From Phoronis australis (lineage: Eukaryota > Animalia > Phoronida), in the NCBI GenBank assembly GCA_002633005.1, contig NMRA01000467.1:26775-90774 (forward strand): a stretch of 64,000 nucleotides of DNA, read 5' to 3'. Positions 1 to 12,950 of the stretch are shown here, piece after piece; the stretch's first letter is position 1; the number at the start of each line of letters is the position of its first letter. Below the pieces are notes generated by a model. The model had not been told where the DNA came from. It worked only from the letters and a program-made list of their open reading frames with translations, and did no database searches. A program made the translations under genes and the position numbers.

Positions 1-108
1 GCAGTAACAACAAAGGAGCTTAAAATTCGTGAGGCTTTACATATCAGTTGGTGCAAGCCCAATCTCAATAGGCAACTGACACACCACAGGTTGTCATTGT
101 TGGTATAG
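1..108 (+). mobile_element. 3' end of a Penelope-like retroelement ORF (GIY-YIG endonuclease C-terminus)
   Basis: Frame 1 reads AVTTKELKIREALHISWCKPNLNRQLTHHRLSLLV*, matching the 'LKIxEALHI..KPxLNRQ' end typical of Penelope GIY-YIG domains; a hammerhead motif follows. Confidence 0.8.
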
Positions 109-188
109 TTCATTGTCACTCCCTGTAACTGACTGTATCTGTGCTTCATTACTTGTTGCTGGGCCTAGCTAGGTGGCCACTGTATTAT

Positions 189-236
189 GACTTCTGAGGA
201 TGGTGTTTAATAAATGACACCGAAACATGTCAAGTT
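189..236 (+). ncRNA. Minimal type I hammerhead ribozyme (Penelope-associated)
   Basis: GACUU-CUGAGGA-U-GGUGU(loop)ACACC-GAAA-CAUG-UC-AAGUU: core boxes present, stem I GACUU/AAGUU, stem II GGUGU/ACACC, palindromic stem III ACAUGU, GUC cleavage triplet at 229-231. Confidence 0.8.
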
Positions 237-1152
237 TTAAATCCGTTGTTGTTTTCGTGAACATATGCTGTTACTTGCTATCATGGAAAGCGTAATTTTA
301 CGGCGAAAACGAGAGTAACTGTATGGCGACACTCCTGCAATTTAATTTACGTTCGTAATTACGAGCGTAATTTTACGGCTACACTTTCCCCTCAACGGCC
401 AGCATAGGTTTCACGAATCAACGTGAACGTGAATTATCACGCACACATAATACCGCATTATACATACCCTTGTTGGCTGTGACGTAATCCCTATAGTGTT
501 TGAATATTTTACGCGAATACAGAGAGCGCGAAAACTGTGACTCTTTGTAAATCTTATTTGACATCGAAATGATTTTTATTTTGATAGGGTTCTCAATCAC
601 TCTTCTTTGCTTCAGTATAAAATGAACTCGATTCTTTGGTATATGATTGTTCTGAAAATTGATTTGCAAGAAAGCCCCTTTTCCAAAATTCTTATCCTGT
701 CAGGGTTCGCTGGATATCATCGAACTAGGATGGATTTTTGACAGATATTTTTGTGTTGTTAATTTTTACATGCTTAATTTAAAGGAATCTATACATTTTA
801 AACTGCAAATAAATTTAGCATTCTAAGAATTTACCATTTCTCGCAGGAACTTGAAGAAATTACTTTTTCACCTAAAAGAAGTTGCATTAGCAGAGTGACT
901 ATTAAGTTTTTTGTAAAGTAGCTGACATGTACCAGGCCTACAATAACTAGACACCCTGAGCTCAGTTATTCAATTCACGTTGATTTTCACGTTCACGTAA
1001 ATATTTAAATGTTGCAAAACCCATTTTTGTTGCTGTAACGTGAATCGGCACGTGCAATTAAATATGCGTGGTAATTCACGTCCACATCGCTTTGCGAAAC
1101 CTCTCTATTATTGCGATGACAAACCCACAATTGCTTACGCGTAGGTACTTAC

Positions 1153-1233
1153 AATAGTCCGTGCACAACCAGTCCAATGAAAAAGACAACGAAGAGATGG
1201 TGGGTATACCAGAAAACTTCAAAATAAGACCGT
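1153..1233 (-). CDS. CYBB: NADPH oxidase (Nox1/2/3, gp91phox-like) coding exon 7
   Basis: 81 bp with AG/GT borders; (R)[26 protein letters not shown] contains two heme-ligand His positions; frame continuous with exon 6. No further exon found, so the gene probably continues left of the window. Confidence 0.93.
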
Positions 1234-2393
1234 CTGAAAAATTGTAAAATCTTTCACACAACTGCATCCGTGTTGTAATGATTTTGGTTAAAAACATCGG
1301 ATAGCTGATTGCTATAGCAAATTTCTCGGACAAAGTGATTCACATTCCGAGGAAAATAGTGTTCATAAATTTTGGATTGGGCCCCAATAGCGGCTATAAA
1401 ACCGGCTTCCGTGGAAAAGACAAATTTTGATTGTGACCACTTCGGCACTTACCGTTACGAAATTGATCTCAAATTGCGCCTTTGTCAAAATAAGAAAGAT
1501 TTCTGGGATTGGAAGGAATTGCCAGCTCGTCATTGTCACAAATTAATACGCGCTACAAGTTGAGTTATCACACCGTGTAATTTCATTCGCTGAGCAATGA
1601 CCAACTCTTAGTTCTTTGACTGGCCAAAAACCACTTCTCACCTTAGTAAGGAACAGGTGAGACCAATTTTATAGCGTTACTAATGGTCCAATGCAAACCT
1701 TTTTCGACGGAACGCGGGTTTATTGCCGCTTTAACTGTCTAGGTATCCGAATGAGAACTCCTTGTATGTATATAAAATACACGCACTGCAGGAAGACATT
1801 GTCTAAATAACCCAAATAGGGGGCACATCACATTTCTCCGCTTCAGAAACACAAAATTGAGCATGGAGGTGCGTATATCCTTAATTTGGAGCCGCTCCTG
1901 TGTGCAGACCACCAAGATCTAAAAGAAGGTATTCTAATGTGCAGCATAGTTTACTTTCAGTACTCAACTGCCGTCGCCATACATTTCCGTTTGTTCATTG
2001 TCTTGGTTCATCTGATTTCGGACAACTTTGCGATATGTGATAACCAAAACCAACTCCATAATCTGATAATCGGTAGCACTTGTACTCAAGGCTGATTAGA
2101 TACATGACAGTGCTATTTTTACTTCACTGATTTCAATTGTGTATGCCGCGAATTTTGGGACAGTTAGCATCAAACGAGTTGGCACACAGTGTTGCATTGC
2201 TATGTTCTGTAAAGAATAGTTTGACGAGATAACGGAAGTGCATGTGAACTCACTAGCTTCCACTCATTTCGTGACTATGGAAATGCGAGAGCGCTTTTCT
2301 CAATCTCGGTGGCCGCAAAGCGAGGACCGATTTGTCAGTTTCGGTCAAACACGAATGGTAACACAAAAATGCAAGTTTTGTGACAAGAATTAC

Positions 2394-2494
2394 CTTATAG
2401 TTTCTGTTGCTGACGTTACCATCAAAATCAATGCTAAAGTTATAACGACTCCTGTTACTCCAGGGAACCAGCCAAGAACCGCGGCTATAGGGTG
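2394..2494 (-). CDS. CYBB: NADPH oxidase coding exon 6
   Basis: 101 bp, ctttag|...|gtaatt; HPIAAVLGWFPGVTGVVITLALILMVTSATETI(R) matches the Nox2 TM4 GITGVVITL motif. Confidence 0.92.
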
Positions 2495-2689
2495 CTAAAG
2501 AAAAGAAAAAATAGAATTTGAGTTCATTTTGCCCAAGCCGGTTACGAAAGATTGCAGAATACAAATTGAACGACATTAACAGTTTATGCAACCAGGATAT
2601 TGTTACTTTTCGCATGTTTTCATGATACACACATGGCGACTCGCTATTGTGTAACCACAGTGTTCCCATTTAAAAATAATTTACGCACT

Positions 2690-2803
2690 TGTTATGTAGT
2701 GACGTTATGCAGTGACGTTATGTAGTGACGTTATGTAGTGACGTTATGTAGTGACGTTATGTAGTGACGTTATGTAGTGATGTTATGTAGTACCGTTATG
2801 TAG
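2690..2803. repeat. 13-bp tandem repeat (GTTATGTAGTGAC) expanded at the start of the 5' LTR
   Basis: About 8-9 copies here versus about 2 at the start of the 3' LTR (6520). Confidence 0.9.
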
Positions 2804-5800
2804 TACACAAAAACGTGTACAGTGCGCGAAATCTGATTAAATGATATAGCCTTTTGGCAGCGTCTTAGTTTGGTAAAGAAAGAACATACATTTGCTTCAT
2901 CCCGTTGCTTTGTCGTCTTGCTTTGTAACAAATGCGGGCCAGTCCGGGAGAAATCAGTCAACAGTGTGGAATTTAAACCGTTTTACAAAATCTAAGCAAC
3001 GACTATTCAAATACCAGCGACGATGGACATTAAAAACATTCTGGCATCATCAACGGCTGAAACACTATTGCAGTGTAAGAAAACTTCGTTGAAAACACAA
3101 CCAAACTTTTTGTTTGAAAGCTTGATACTGATTCTCTGGTAGTGTCGGAACAATCTCCTTTCTTCAGGTGTACAGCTATGTAGTAAAACACCGAGAGACA
3201 TAAACAAACAAATTAAAGCAGTAGCTATGTCATCATCAGGCAATAAGTAGAATGAACACGTACATAGCGAAATAAACAGTGGAATACACGTGACAGCGGG
3301 AAAAGGGGCATATAAGCAGATAGTGTGAATCGAATGCAACACAGCAACCTTATCAAAACAGAGCCAGCGCGCGGTACACACCTGTGAGTTGCTCATTCAA
3401 CACAAAATCTTTAGCCGAAATGTGTCATTTTGAACATAGCGAATTATGGTATTTTCTACTATTTCTTGCCTAGTTAGGCCTATGAACTAGTCCCTGAAGC
3501 GTATAGGCAAAAGCTTAGACAATATAAGAAAAAGGGGAAAAGAAACCTATGTTGAGTTTGCTCATGAAAAACATTTTTCTTTGAGAGATGGTTTACATCT
3601 ATTGGGCGTCTCTAAAGATTATTTAGGCTTAGCTCGTTTTAGTTGAGGATTTCACATCAGGAATCCGTGATGATTTGAAAACTTATTTAAATAAGAAAGA
3701 TGTTGAGTCACTGCACGAACCAACTGAGTTTTCTTTGACTCACAAAAGTATATTTAAATTTCAGAACAATGAGAAGTACTTACTTAGAAGCCATAGTGAG
3801 CAAAGTAGAAATAAGAATGAGTCATCACAGACGCCTGAGTGTAACAACTGAAAAAGAAGGGTGATGGTCCCAAATGTTTCTACTGTAAGAAAGCAGATCA
3901 GGTAATGTCTGAGTGTGTTGCTTTGAAAAAGAAAAGGGCGTTGCCTGCAGCCTTTGTGAAGATTAAAGGGAGAATCTCTGAAGTGGGAAAGGGTCCACGT
4001 GATGAACAGATAGAAACTGTTAGGGAGGAATTTTTCATTCACTACGGAGGGAGTTGTCTGAAAACTCCTCTCCTGTGTCTTTGAAAGTTTTACATAACAC
4101 TGGTGCCTCTCAGTTCATTATACTGAGTAATGTTTTGGACTTTAATGATGCATCTTCCACTGGGAACGTAAATCTTATCCAGGGCATTGAAGAGGGAAGT
4201 GTCCATGTACATTCACAAAAGCTACATTTGAAATCTGAACTAGTTTCAGGAATGGTCACATTGGGTCTTAGATCAAGTTTGCCCGTAAAAGGGATGTCAC
4301 TGTTGTTAGGAAATGGCCTTGCTGGTGGAAACGTTATTCTGGAAGAGGAAAAGAGTTGGCAGCCTAGTACTGAGGGGGAGGGTAGTGCCGATATAGGTGT
4401 TTATCCATATATAGTGTGCTGTAACACGTGTAATGGCTAGAAACGAAGACGCCTTACAGGAGTTAGATAATCATGAGAACACATGTGTAGAAAGGCAAAC
4501 CCCCAGTTTTGATGATTTATCAGAAATCTGTCTGTGTTCTTGATGAATCATGGTGATGTTAGTCATTCCGATGTTTCCCAGCAATCTGACGATTTGTCTT
4601 TCTATAGACCACTTGATCAAGAGTCAGTTGTCAGAGCCTGATTTAATAAACTTACAGGACAAGACTCTGTCTGATGATGAAGTAAGCAAAGTACACGTTG
4701 GGTACTTCATGAAAGATGGCGTACTTATAAGTAAGTGGAGATCACTCGATATCCGTGCGACTGACGAGTGGGCAGTGGTTTATCAGACTGTTAACACCAT
4801 ACAGGCAGGAAATCCTGTCCCTGGCCCAATGTTTGCCACTAGATGGTCCTTTGGGTGTAAACAAGACATTTCACAAGATTACAAAGCACTTTTTCTGGTT
4901 AGGAATTAGAAAGGATGTGATTGAGTTTTGTAAGACTTGCCACGCATGTCAAATGGTAAGCAAACCTAATTCTGTAAAACAGGTGGCTTCTTTGAAGCCA
5001 ATTCCTGTTTTTCGCGAACCTTTTTCAAGGGTCATCACTGACTGTGTCGGCCCTCTGCCGAAAAATGGAAATCAGTACTTATCAACACTAATGTGAGCAG
5101 CCACGATGTTCCCTGAAACCATTCCTCCTAGAAATATTAAAGCGTCCACTGTTGTGAGAACTTTGACTAAGCTGTTTGCTTCGTTTCGTTTGCCAAAGAA
5201 ATACAGTCTCATCAGGTTAGTAACTTTATGTCAGGCCTCTTTCACCAAGTCACCAATTGGGGACAAAATAAATCAAGTCTTCGCCTTATAATTCCTGAAT
5301 CACATGGAGCCTTAGAGAGGTTCCATGCCACTCCTAGGAACATGACGAGGGCATACTGCTTTGGGAATGACAAAGCCTGGATGAAGGATTCCATTTGCTG
5401 CTATTTGCTGTTAAGAAATGTGTTCAGGAGTCTTTGGGATTCAGTCCTTATGAGTTAATATTAGGACACAAAGTCCGTGATCATCTAGCCTTGCTGAAGG
5501 CGATAATCCAAAGTTGAATCTATTCGATTATGTTCAGAAAGTCAGAGACAGGCTGAGTAAAGCCTGTCAGTTAGCTAGGGAGAACTTGGAGTCCAATCAA
5601 AATAAAACGAAAACTTGTTAAGGGGTTAATGGCGTGTACCATTAATAGATAGAGGTAGCTGTCTTGTATGAATACAACGCCTTTTTACCTTTTGGATTGA
5701 ACAATGCCCCAGCATCGTTTAAGAGGATGATCCACAAAGTTATTCAAGGACTAGGTGATACTGATGCTTACTTTGATGGCTTGGTGACTGGCACTCAGGA

Positions 5801-6625
5801 AGAACATTTGGCTGCATCAGAAAAGATGCTTGTAAAATTTCTTGATGCCAATCTGAAGGTGAGCTTAGCCAATACTGAATTTGGACATGGCATTGTGACA
5901 TATTTAGGTTATGTTGTTGGTCAGGGTAAAATAGTTACAGTGTATGCAAAAACCAAACCCGTTGTTGAGAATTGAAAGAAATTTTTTGTGGGATGAACGT
6001 TGCCAGCAGCCATTTGACAAGTTGTAAGCCATGTTGTGCCATTCCGCAGACCTCAAATCATCTGAATTTAGTGATCTATTCTCATTAACGCTTGGTGCTA
6101 GCGAGGAAGCGATCGGGAGTACTTAAGCAAAGGGGTGATGAGGGTGTACAACATTCTCTTGCTTATTTCTCGAAGAACTTGAATAAGCATAAAATGGCCT
6201 TGTCATTAGTTACGGCGTTACAACACTTTGAGGCTTACGTTTGTACTTCACAGGATCCTCTGTATGTATACGCCGATCACAACCATTGGTAATTTTATTA
6301 AACTAAGAACAACAACAGAAAATTAATGAATTAGGAGTTTGATTCTGCAAGAAAATAATCTGAACATTATTCACTTAAGGGCAAAGAGAATGTGATTGCT
6401 GGTTGTCTATTCCGAAGTTGATGTTTCTTTAAATTGTATTAATAAATTCAGTTATGTCTTAGGCTAGTGCTATTGTAAAATTTTGCTCTATAGATTAATT
6501 TTTTGTTTAAGGGAGAAGGTGTTATGTAGTGACGTTGTGTAGTACGCGAAAACCTGTACAGTGTGCGAAATCTGCTTTAAGGATATAACACTTTGGCGCG
6601 TGTGCGTTATAGTTTGCAAAAGAAA

Positions 6626-7386
6626 TACACAAAACGTACCGAGAGTTGCGTGGATGAAGTAATATCCCACGAGGCATGATTCCGCGTATCGACCGAGACC
6701 AAAAGGTTGAGATCGATACGCAGAATAATGACTCGTGAGATATTACTATACTTCATCTACACCAATCGAGGTACGTTTTGTAATGGTCCTACACGCTTCG
6801 GAGTTTCTGTCATATTTTTGGGCAGATTTTTTTAAATATTTCACCCAGACTGTTCACGTGGCGGATCACAACCTATATGTATGCACTTTCGCGTTAGGTT
6901 GCAAGTTTTCTGTAGTAATAGAAACAGTTCTAAATGTAACGATTTATTGCTTGAAAACAGATAGCAAAGCTGAAAACAACGGTAAATGTTCATTGAACTT
7001 GTAACACTTTCTGAAAATAGTTAAATAACAACAATATTTTATATTGTAGTTTCCGAGGAATCGGCGCCTTAGTTGCAGACCATAAAATAGGCCTATTTAG
7101 CAATTGAAAACTGAGACAAAATATCATCTAATTAACAGTTTTGTTCCAGATGTTACGTTTGGGACCCGATTGCATGTTCAATGTTAGTAGTGCTGCAATT
7201 GTAATACTTTAAATTTTTTTCGTAAAATTTGATGATCGAACCGGCTAACGACGTCGAGTCGACATTGACCTTTCTTTGAACTTTCCACGTCAGAGGGCAT
7301 TGTTGAAATAATGCGGGAGGTGAATTCGGAAAACACTATCACATGGCTGCATTCCACTCGATTGATCCAACACGTACGTGATAAAA
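6626..7386. mobile_element. ~760-bp non-autonomous element with a terminal long hairpin (Crypton-like?), copy 1, inserted in the 3' LTR
   Basis: Splits the LTR, whose homology resumes at ~7386; imperfect ~155-bp palindrome CAAAACGTACC...GGTACGTTTTG; homologous along its length to 12951-13688. Confidence 0.75.
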
Positions 7387-8695
7387 TACATTTGCTTCGA
7401 CCTGTCGCTTTGTCGTCTTACTTTGTAACAGACTATATTCAAAAATCGGACTTTCATTTCAACAAACTGTGAACGATTGCCACTGACTGAGCCCGTCACA
7501 TAAGAAAGTTGTTCACAAAAACCAGCAGAGATTATAGCCACTCGGAAAAACTGATAATACTTCCATTTTGACACGTTACCACTGCGCCTGCACACTCAAG
7601 ATAAACATTGGCAGCGGATTAATCTTTGTAATTTAGAGGTTTTTTTGGTTACATTTTTTTTCAAATTGAGTGACTTCTCTTCCTATTACTGCATAGGTGC
7701 CTACTCACGGTCATGCGCTTTCGTTCCTGCATTCCACTCTGGAATTATACGCACTCTTCATTATGTGAAACACGTAGGCAAAAACCAAACAATCAAGTTT
7801 TCATAAAACTGTGCGTGAAACTTGACTATCCGTGTACAAAACATTGAATTTTTACATGTCTTCAAATATAAAAGTAGGCTTTTTAGGTTACGAAACATTT
7901 TAAACTAGTGGGCAAAAGACGCAGAGAATACTGATTTACGATATTCGGCGTGAGGTCGCCAAACAAAATCTGAGGTCGGCAAAATTGAAAACGAAATCAT
8001 CGGTGCGGACGACTGAGGTTTCCTACTCAGCGTAACTTATCGTCAACAAAAAAGGTCGTACGCCTGCTCAGCGTTGAGCTTCCCTAAGGCCTCCGTACAT
8101 TCAGTCTCTTACCCGGAGGAGCATATGACGCGACGACCGCGTGGCCTAATGGACTTTCCCCACTCTTGCCCGAATTTTACCGAACAACTCCGACTTATGT
8201 CTGTTTACTTCCTGTTGTAATTTTTACGTGGCAAATGCGTACCCTTTAGACAGCACAGAGCATTAGATGTATATGGCGTGCTCTCTGATACAGCGCCACC
8301 TATACTTTCGTAGCACTGTGAAAGAGTGTAGTAAATGCGTTCAAATCACGAAATAAACGGAACAATTGTGAATCAAAGGTAATAAATCTAGGAACAATAT
8401 CAAATTTGGAAGTCAACACGAACCTTGAAACGAATTCAGAGGAAAATATTGTCTGGCTTTGAACCTCGCACTGGCGACTTCGTGGTGACTTGGAATTTTT
8501 CCCAGGTCGCCAAACACAACCTGAGGTCGAATTGGCGACCTGTTGGCTTATATGGAAACACTCAGGCAATTATACTCAAGAGAACGCACTATGCTGGACG
8601 AAAACGCATGGGCCAAAATGTACGCATGTACAGTACTATAAGGCTAAATACTAAAGTGCACTGAATGTTAAGAATTACAATATTTTCTAATTTAC

Positions 8696-8853
8696 CTTGT
8701 CTGGACCGGAGACAGGATTAATCCACGATCCATTCAAGCTATTGAGCTTCGTTATAAGATTATAATGTTCTTTTCCCGAAGTATTGCGGTAAAGAGGGTC
8801 CCAGGCACTAACGAAGTATTCCACGTTGAACACGTGTGCCACTGCGTGCACGG
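8696..8853 (-). CDS. CYBB: NADPH oxidase coding exon 5
   Basis: 158 bp with AG/GT borders; (A)VHAVAHVFNVEYFVSAWDPLYRNTSGKEHYNLITKLNSLNGSWINPVSGPDK covers the TM3 heme His and loop C with NTS and NGS sequons. Confidence 0.92.
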
Positions 8854-9389
8854 CTGGAATAATAATGACATCAGTACTTATAATTGTAATTATAATAACG
8901 TTAATAATAACCATCAGATCTATAATAACTGATAAAATTAGTTTTGAAATGGTAAAAATATTTTACTGTGGCAAGACGTATCTGCAATCAAAGCTTGTAC
9001 TAAGGGTAATAACACTCTGAAAAGGTTTATTCCTGTTTCAGATAGGTCCCGTAAAATAGCACTGATACCGAAATGAATTCCCCTCTTTTCCGACTGTAGG
9101 AAAATGAATCGTATGTAACTGACCCAGTTTTCGAAGTATTGCTCGATTTCAAATAGGCCGACATCGGCATTGTTGTAGGTCCCTAAAGATTGGATAGTAT
9201 GTTTAGTGTACAACCACATCTCTTGTCCGTCACAGGATCCTAACGAAAATAGTTGCTCTTGGTGATTTACCATGCAAGCCCACAATGGAGTACGAACTGC
9301 TCTCTTATGGGCACAAATGCCATTTGGCCACTCTAGAAAGTGTGAGGGATAAATTTCTAATCTCAGCAGATGTGTGTTTTACTATTTAC

Positions 9390-9474
9390 CTGTGAAAAAG
9401 CAAATAGTGTATGCCACAATTTTATGAAAAGCTATGTTCTTGTCCAACGGTCTTGAGATACTTCGCTTGCAGCA
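9390..9474 (-). CDS. CYBB: NADPH oxidase coding exon 4
   Basis: 85 bp; CCKRSISRPLDKNIAFHKIVAYTICFFT covers the B-loop and FHK heme ligand. Confidence 0.93.
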
Positions 9475-10535
9475 CTGAAAAAACATAATAACGTCTTGCA
9501 TATATTTGAGTGAACAATGTCTCTGGCAAATGAAAATCGGAGCGTGTCATTTTTATGCCATGCGAGGGAACGCTGGTCTCGGGTATTTTCGCGGTCTCAA
9601 ACTTCTCGAAAGAGAACGTTGTCTACACACCTCAGGTAGGCTATTCACCTCCAACTATGCCTCGAGGTGACTTATATCTGCACATGTGTGACTTTTACCG
9701 TTACAACATGTCACGTGACTGCCAAATGGTGGATGGCGTCGAATGTGCCGGGACACCCTTTGAGAACAGGCTTATAAATAGAATTAACAGAACATCAGCA
9801 GGCATACTAAGGATTGAAAATGTCCGTCGCGTACATAGTTTAAGAGCTGCTAGGCGGAAGTTATGATTTTAGCCGTCCGACTGCCCATGTCCTTTACTGT
9901 CATCATAGATTATAGATAGTCTATGCTGTCATTACTTGAAGTTAGTCGCACATGCGCAGATATGAGAAACCTTTTAAGGGATAATAAGAGGATATACGAA
10001 AATGTTCGAGGAGTTCCTAATGGGCAAAGTTGGAAGTATTCGGACTGAACACCTCGGGGGAAATGCGAAGCTTCAAATTAGCCCTAAGAGGTCAGTCTGA
10101 TCAAAACACCTTGGGTATTTTCGCACCCTGAAAAGTGAAATGTCAAGGCCATGAGTTCGCCTCATCATAGTACGTTAAACAGAAAACGCGTTCCCGCAAA
10201 AGAACGCCGGTATTTGCGCATGAGCATTAAACTGTTCACAGACAAGTTGCATTTGATCTGGCGACCTGGCAACACAGCCTAGAAGCAAGGAGTATACTAC
10301 TGTACTGCACTAATTCCGAGAGTTTGAAATGAGTTTGTTATGACAACTGCGCCATTTATCAGGCTATTTTGTGCACAACTTCAAAAAGAGTAATCAAATC
10401 AAATAGGCCTGGTATCAAATTTAAAATAGCAAAATCTGTATGTATGGAGAATGCAAAACCCCAGGAATGACTGTCTTGGTAGCAGGAACTCGTCGAAATA
10501 ATGGGGCATGAAAGCTATCTATAGGTAACGTTTAC

Positions 10536-10646
10536 CTTGCACGAGCCTTTGATGAATGACAGCATGTTTCTACAAACTGGAAGTAATATCAACATACAGT
10601 TGAAATTGAGAGGAGCGGCACACGCACGTGCAAAAGGTAACGCCAG
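10536..10646 (-). CDS. CYBB: NADPH oxidase coding exon 3
   Basis: 111 bp; [37 protein letters not shown] is nearly identical to the Nox2 [15 protein letters not shown] motif. Confidence 0.95.
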
Positions 10647-11386
10647 CTGAAAAAGAGATTGCCTTGTCGTATCTAACAGTAAACAAACAAGAAGAATAAC
10701 AGTGATTATAGCCAGGGCCAATGCACAAAGAGTTGACATTTATTGTTTATGTTCGATGTAGGACCGAGAGATAAGAAGCTCATTGTGAACCTGTTTCCAG
10801 AGTTCAAAAGGCGACCAAAAATTGGTGAATGAAGATCATATTGTACAGCAAAAATGGTGATACAAAATATTAAGTGGTAAAACATACATGTACGTCTTAT
10901 AACATATGATAACATAAATAATCTCTTAATAGATTAGATGGGCATAAAAAGCGATGCAGGAGAATTCGTAAAACCGCTCAAGCATGGTCGTCCGCTTTTA
11001 GGCACTTGTATAAAGGGAACAGGGCTTAAACTGCACATAAACGGAACAGAGTCGCATTTTATTTCAATTTCTATAGGCTATATTGAACAAATTATGACGT
11101 TGAAAGAAGACAACAACATACATGTACTCGATGATTAGTAATTTTGCTTTATATCTTCAAAATCACAGAATTCCTATCTTTTTTCTTTTGCTCAATCATG
11201 ACTTGGTTTGGTACCTAAGGATGAGGCACTTTTGCAACAGTAATTTAAAGTAGGCTAAAATAAAAATCCGTACAATTGAGTTTGGAGAAAATTTCTACTC
11301 CGCTTCACTACTTATCCTTTCTTGGTACCCATTATTGCGATACAACTATGTACAGTCTAGTCTAAATGCAGAAGAAAATTACTTAC

Positions 11387-11482
11387 CCCGACGTATGAAC
11401 GCACGTAATAGAACTGTGGTCCATTCAGGTAGAAGAGAAAGAAATAGACGAACAAGAAGACATTCAGCCCGGCCCATACTAC
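11387..11482 (-). CDS. CYBB: NADPH oxidase coding exon 2
   Basis: 96 bp, gcag|...|gtaagt; VVWAGLNVFLFVYFFLFYLNGPQFYYVRSYVG matches Nox2 TM1. Confidence 0.94.
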
Positions 11483-12950
11483 CTGCATAAAAAGAAGGAG
11501 ACGTTCACATTCAAATAGGGTTCGTGCATGTCCGTTCCTCGGAGCGCCATCTATTAATAGGACACGTCCTGACAAGACACTGTCATGTTTCCCAGAAAGT
11601 AGCATGTCATTAGAATTTGCTGTCCTAAACAAATATGACGCACAAACACACTTCGTAATTATGGTCATGCAGCTGAGAACAGAGGTAAGCGGAAAGTTGC
11701 ACACATTACAGTAACATCTCCCCACTTTAATGTACAGTATGGAGGAAGAGTGAAATATTTTTTCATTTTCCGCAAAGGAAATCGGCCACTATATTGGTGC
11801 TAAACCGTTAAAAAGTTATGTACTGTTGCTGCCTCCGCTCCAGCTTGAACACTTCGATCAATAATAAATGTAACGATGTCTCTCGACAGGTAGCACTAGT
11901 TAGTTCTTCATAAAAAGTTTATGGGCAAGGTCATATAAGTCAAACGTGGTCTGTTTTGGGGGCACATAACAGTTCTTACAAGGGTTTGCCCATGGACTCG
12001 TCAACCTTTATGACCTCTGTCAAAAACTGTATACAAACAACGAAAAGTTTTGAGGCATTTCACAACGAAAGCCCTACAGATGAGCACAGAGTCTTTATTC
12101 TCTCTTGTAGTTTTGACCCTTTCACTCCTACTGAAAAGCAAGGTAGACTAAGAAAAAAGGGTAAAGGAAACCCGCAAAACCGACACTTTTCTCCCCAAAA
12201 CCACCACTTCCCTGCCGATGCTCGACAAACGCCAACATTAGAATCTGAAAACAAATTTCCTACTGATTGCAAAAATGAGGTCCTAAAATATTATAAACCA
12301 GCTATATTTTTTGCAAATCTGGCTGGTCTGAGGGCTACCTGAAATCGCAGCCAATTTCTCAGTCGCTACACAGCAATGCACAATTGCAATTGCGCCATCT
12401 TGAGGAAGAGTGCAGCTACAGCCGAGCAAGTGGTCTTTTTTCATTCTCAACATGTTCACAAATTAATACAAACAAACCACATTCACTTAGCCTACATGCA
12501 GTACTTATCTAAAATGCCCCCAAGCCTAGCTTACCCCTAGATATTAATATTTTGGGAGTGCAAATTGGCCGCGGCTGCAGCCTTAGTGTTCAATGGCACC
12601 TTTACTCTTGACGAAGCTCGACTTCATGCACTGTAATTGTCGAATTGAAACGTGGTGGCAGCGTTGGGATCATTCCGAGACATTTATGACTTACGTATTG
12701 TAGACTTTTATTTCAAAGGTACAGTAATCAGGACCGTATTTTTGAGTATCTGTCGACTGTTCGCTCGCTGAGCGTGTAAAAAACAAAGATGGCCACCCCG
12801 CCTAAGCCAATACTCAGACAAATGTTTGAAACTACTCTATCATCACTATACAAGAAAGCAAGGAAAACCCATTCCAGCAAGCGGTTTTTCTTATAACTGT
12901 CGATTCGGTAGGCTTAATCTAATGCCCTAGATTTTAGCACAAGAGAAGAT

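Larger units (their letters stand above)
2690..7430 (+). mobile_element. Decayed Gmr1-type Ty3/Gypsy LTR retrotransposon (PR-INT-RT-RH order)
   Basis: 5' LTR 2690-2930 (TGTT..AACA); degenerate tRNA-Pro-like PBS 2931-2950; gag and zinc-knuckle relics; protease ~4054-4330; integrase zinc finger and core ~4790-5460; RT ~5660-5970 (LPFGLNNAPASF); RNase H ~6090-6420; PPT AAGGGAGAAGG 6509-6519; 3' LTR 6520-7430, interrupted. Many stops and frameshifts. Confidence 0.88.

Noticed and set aside
280-1085. Further NOX exon or a distinct element among the TTCACG and GTAATTTTACGG repeats
   Set aside because: No exon matching the next NOX segment was found; it looks like MITE subterminal repeats, but the boundaries could not be fixed.
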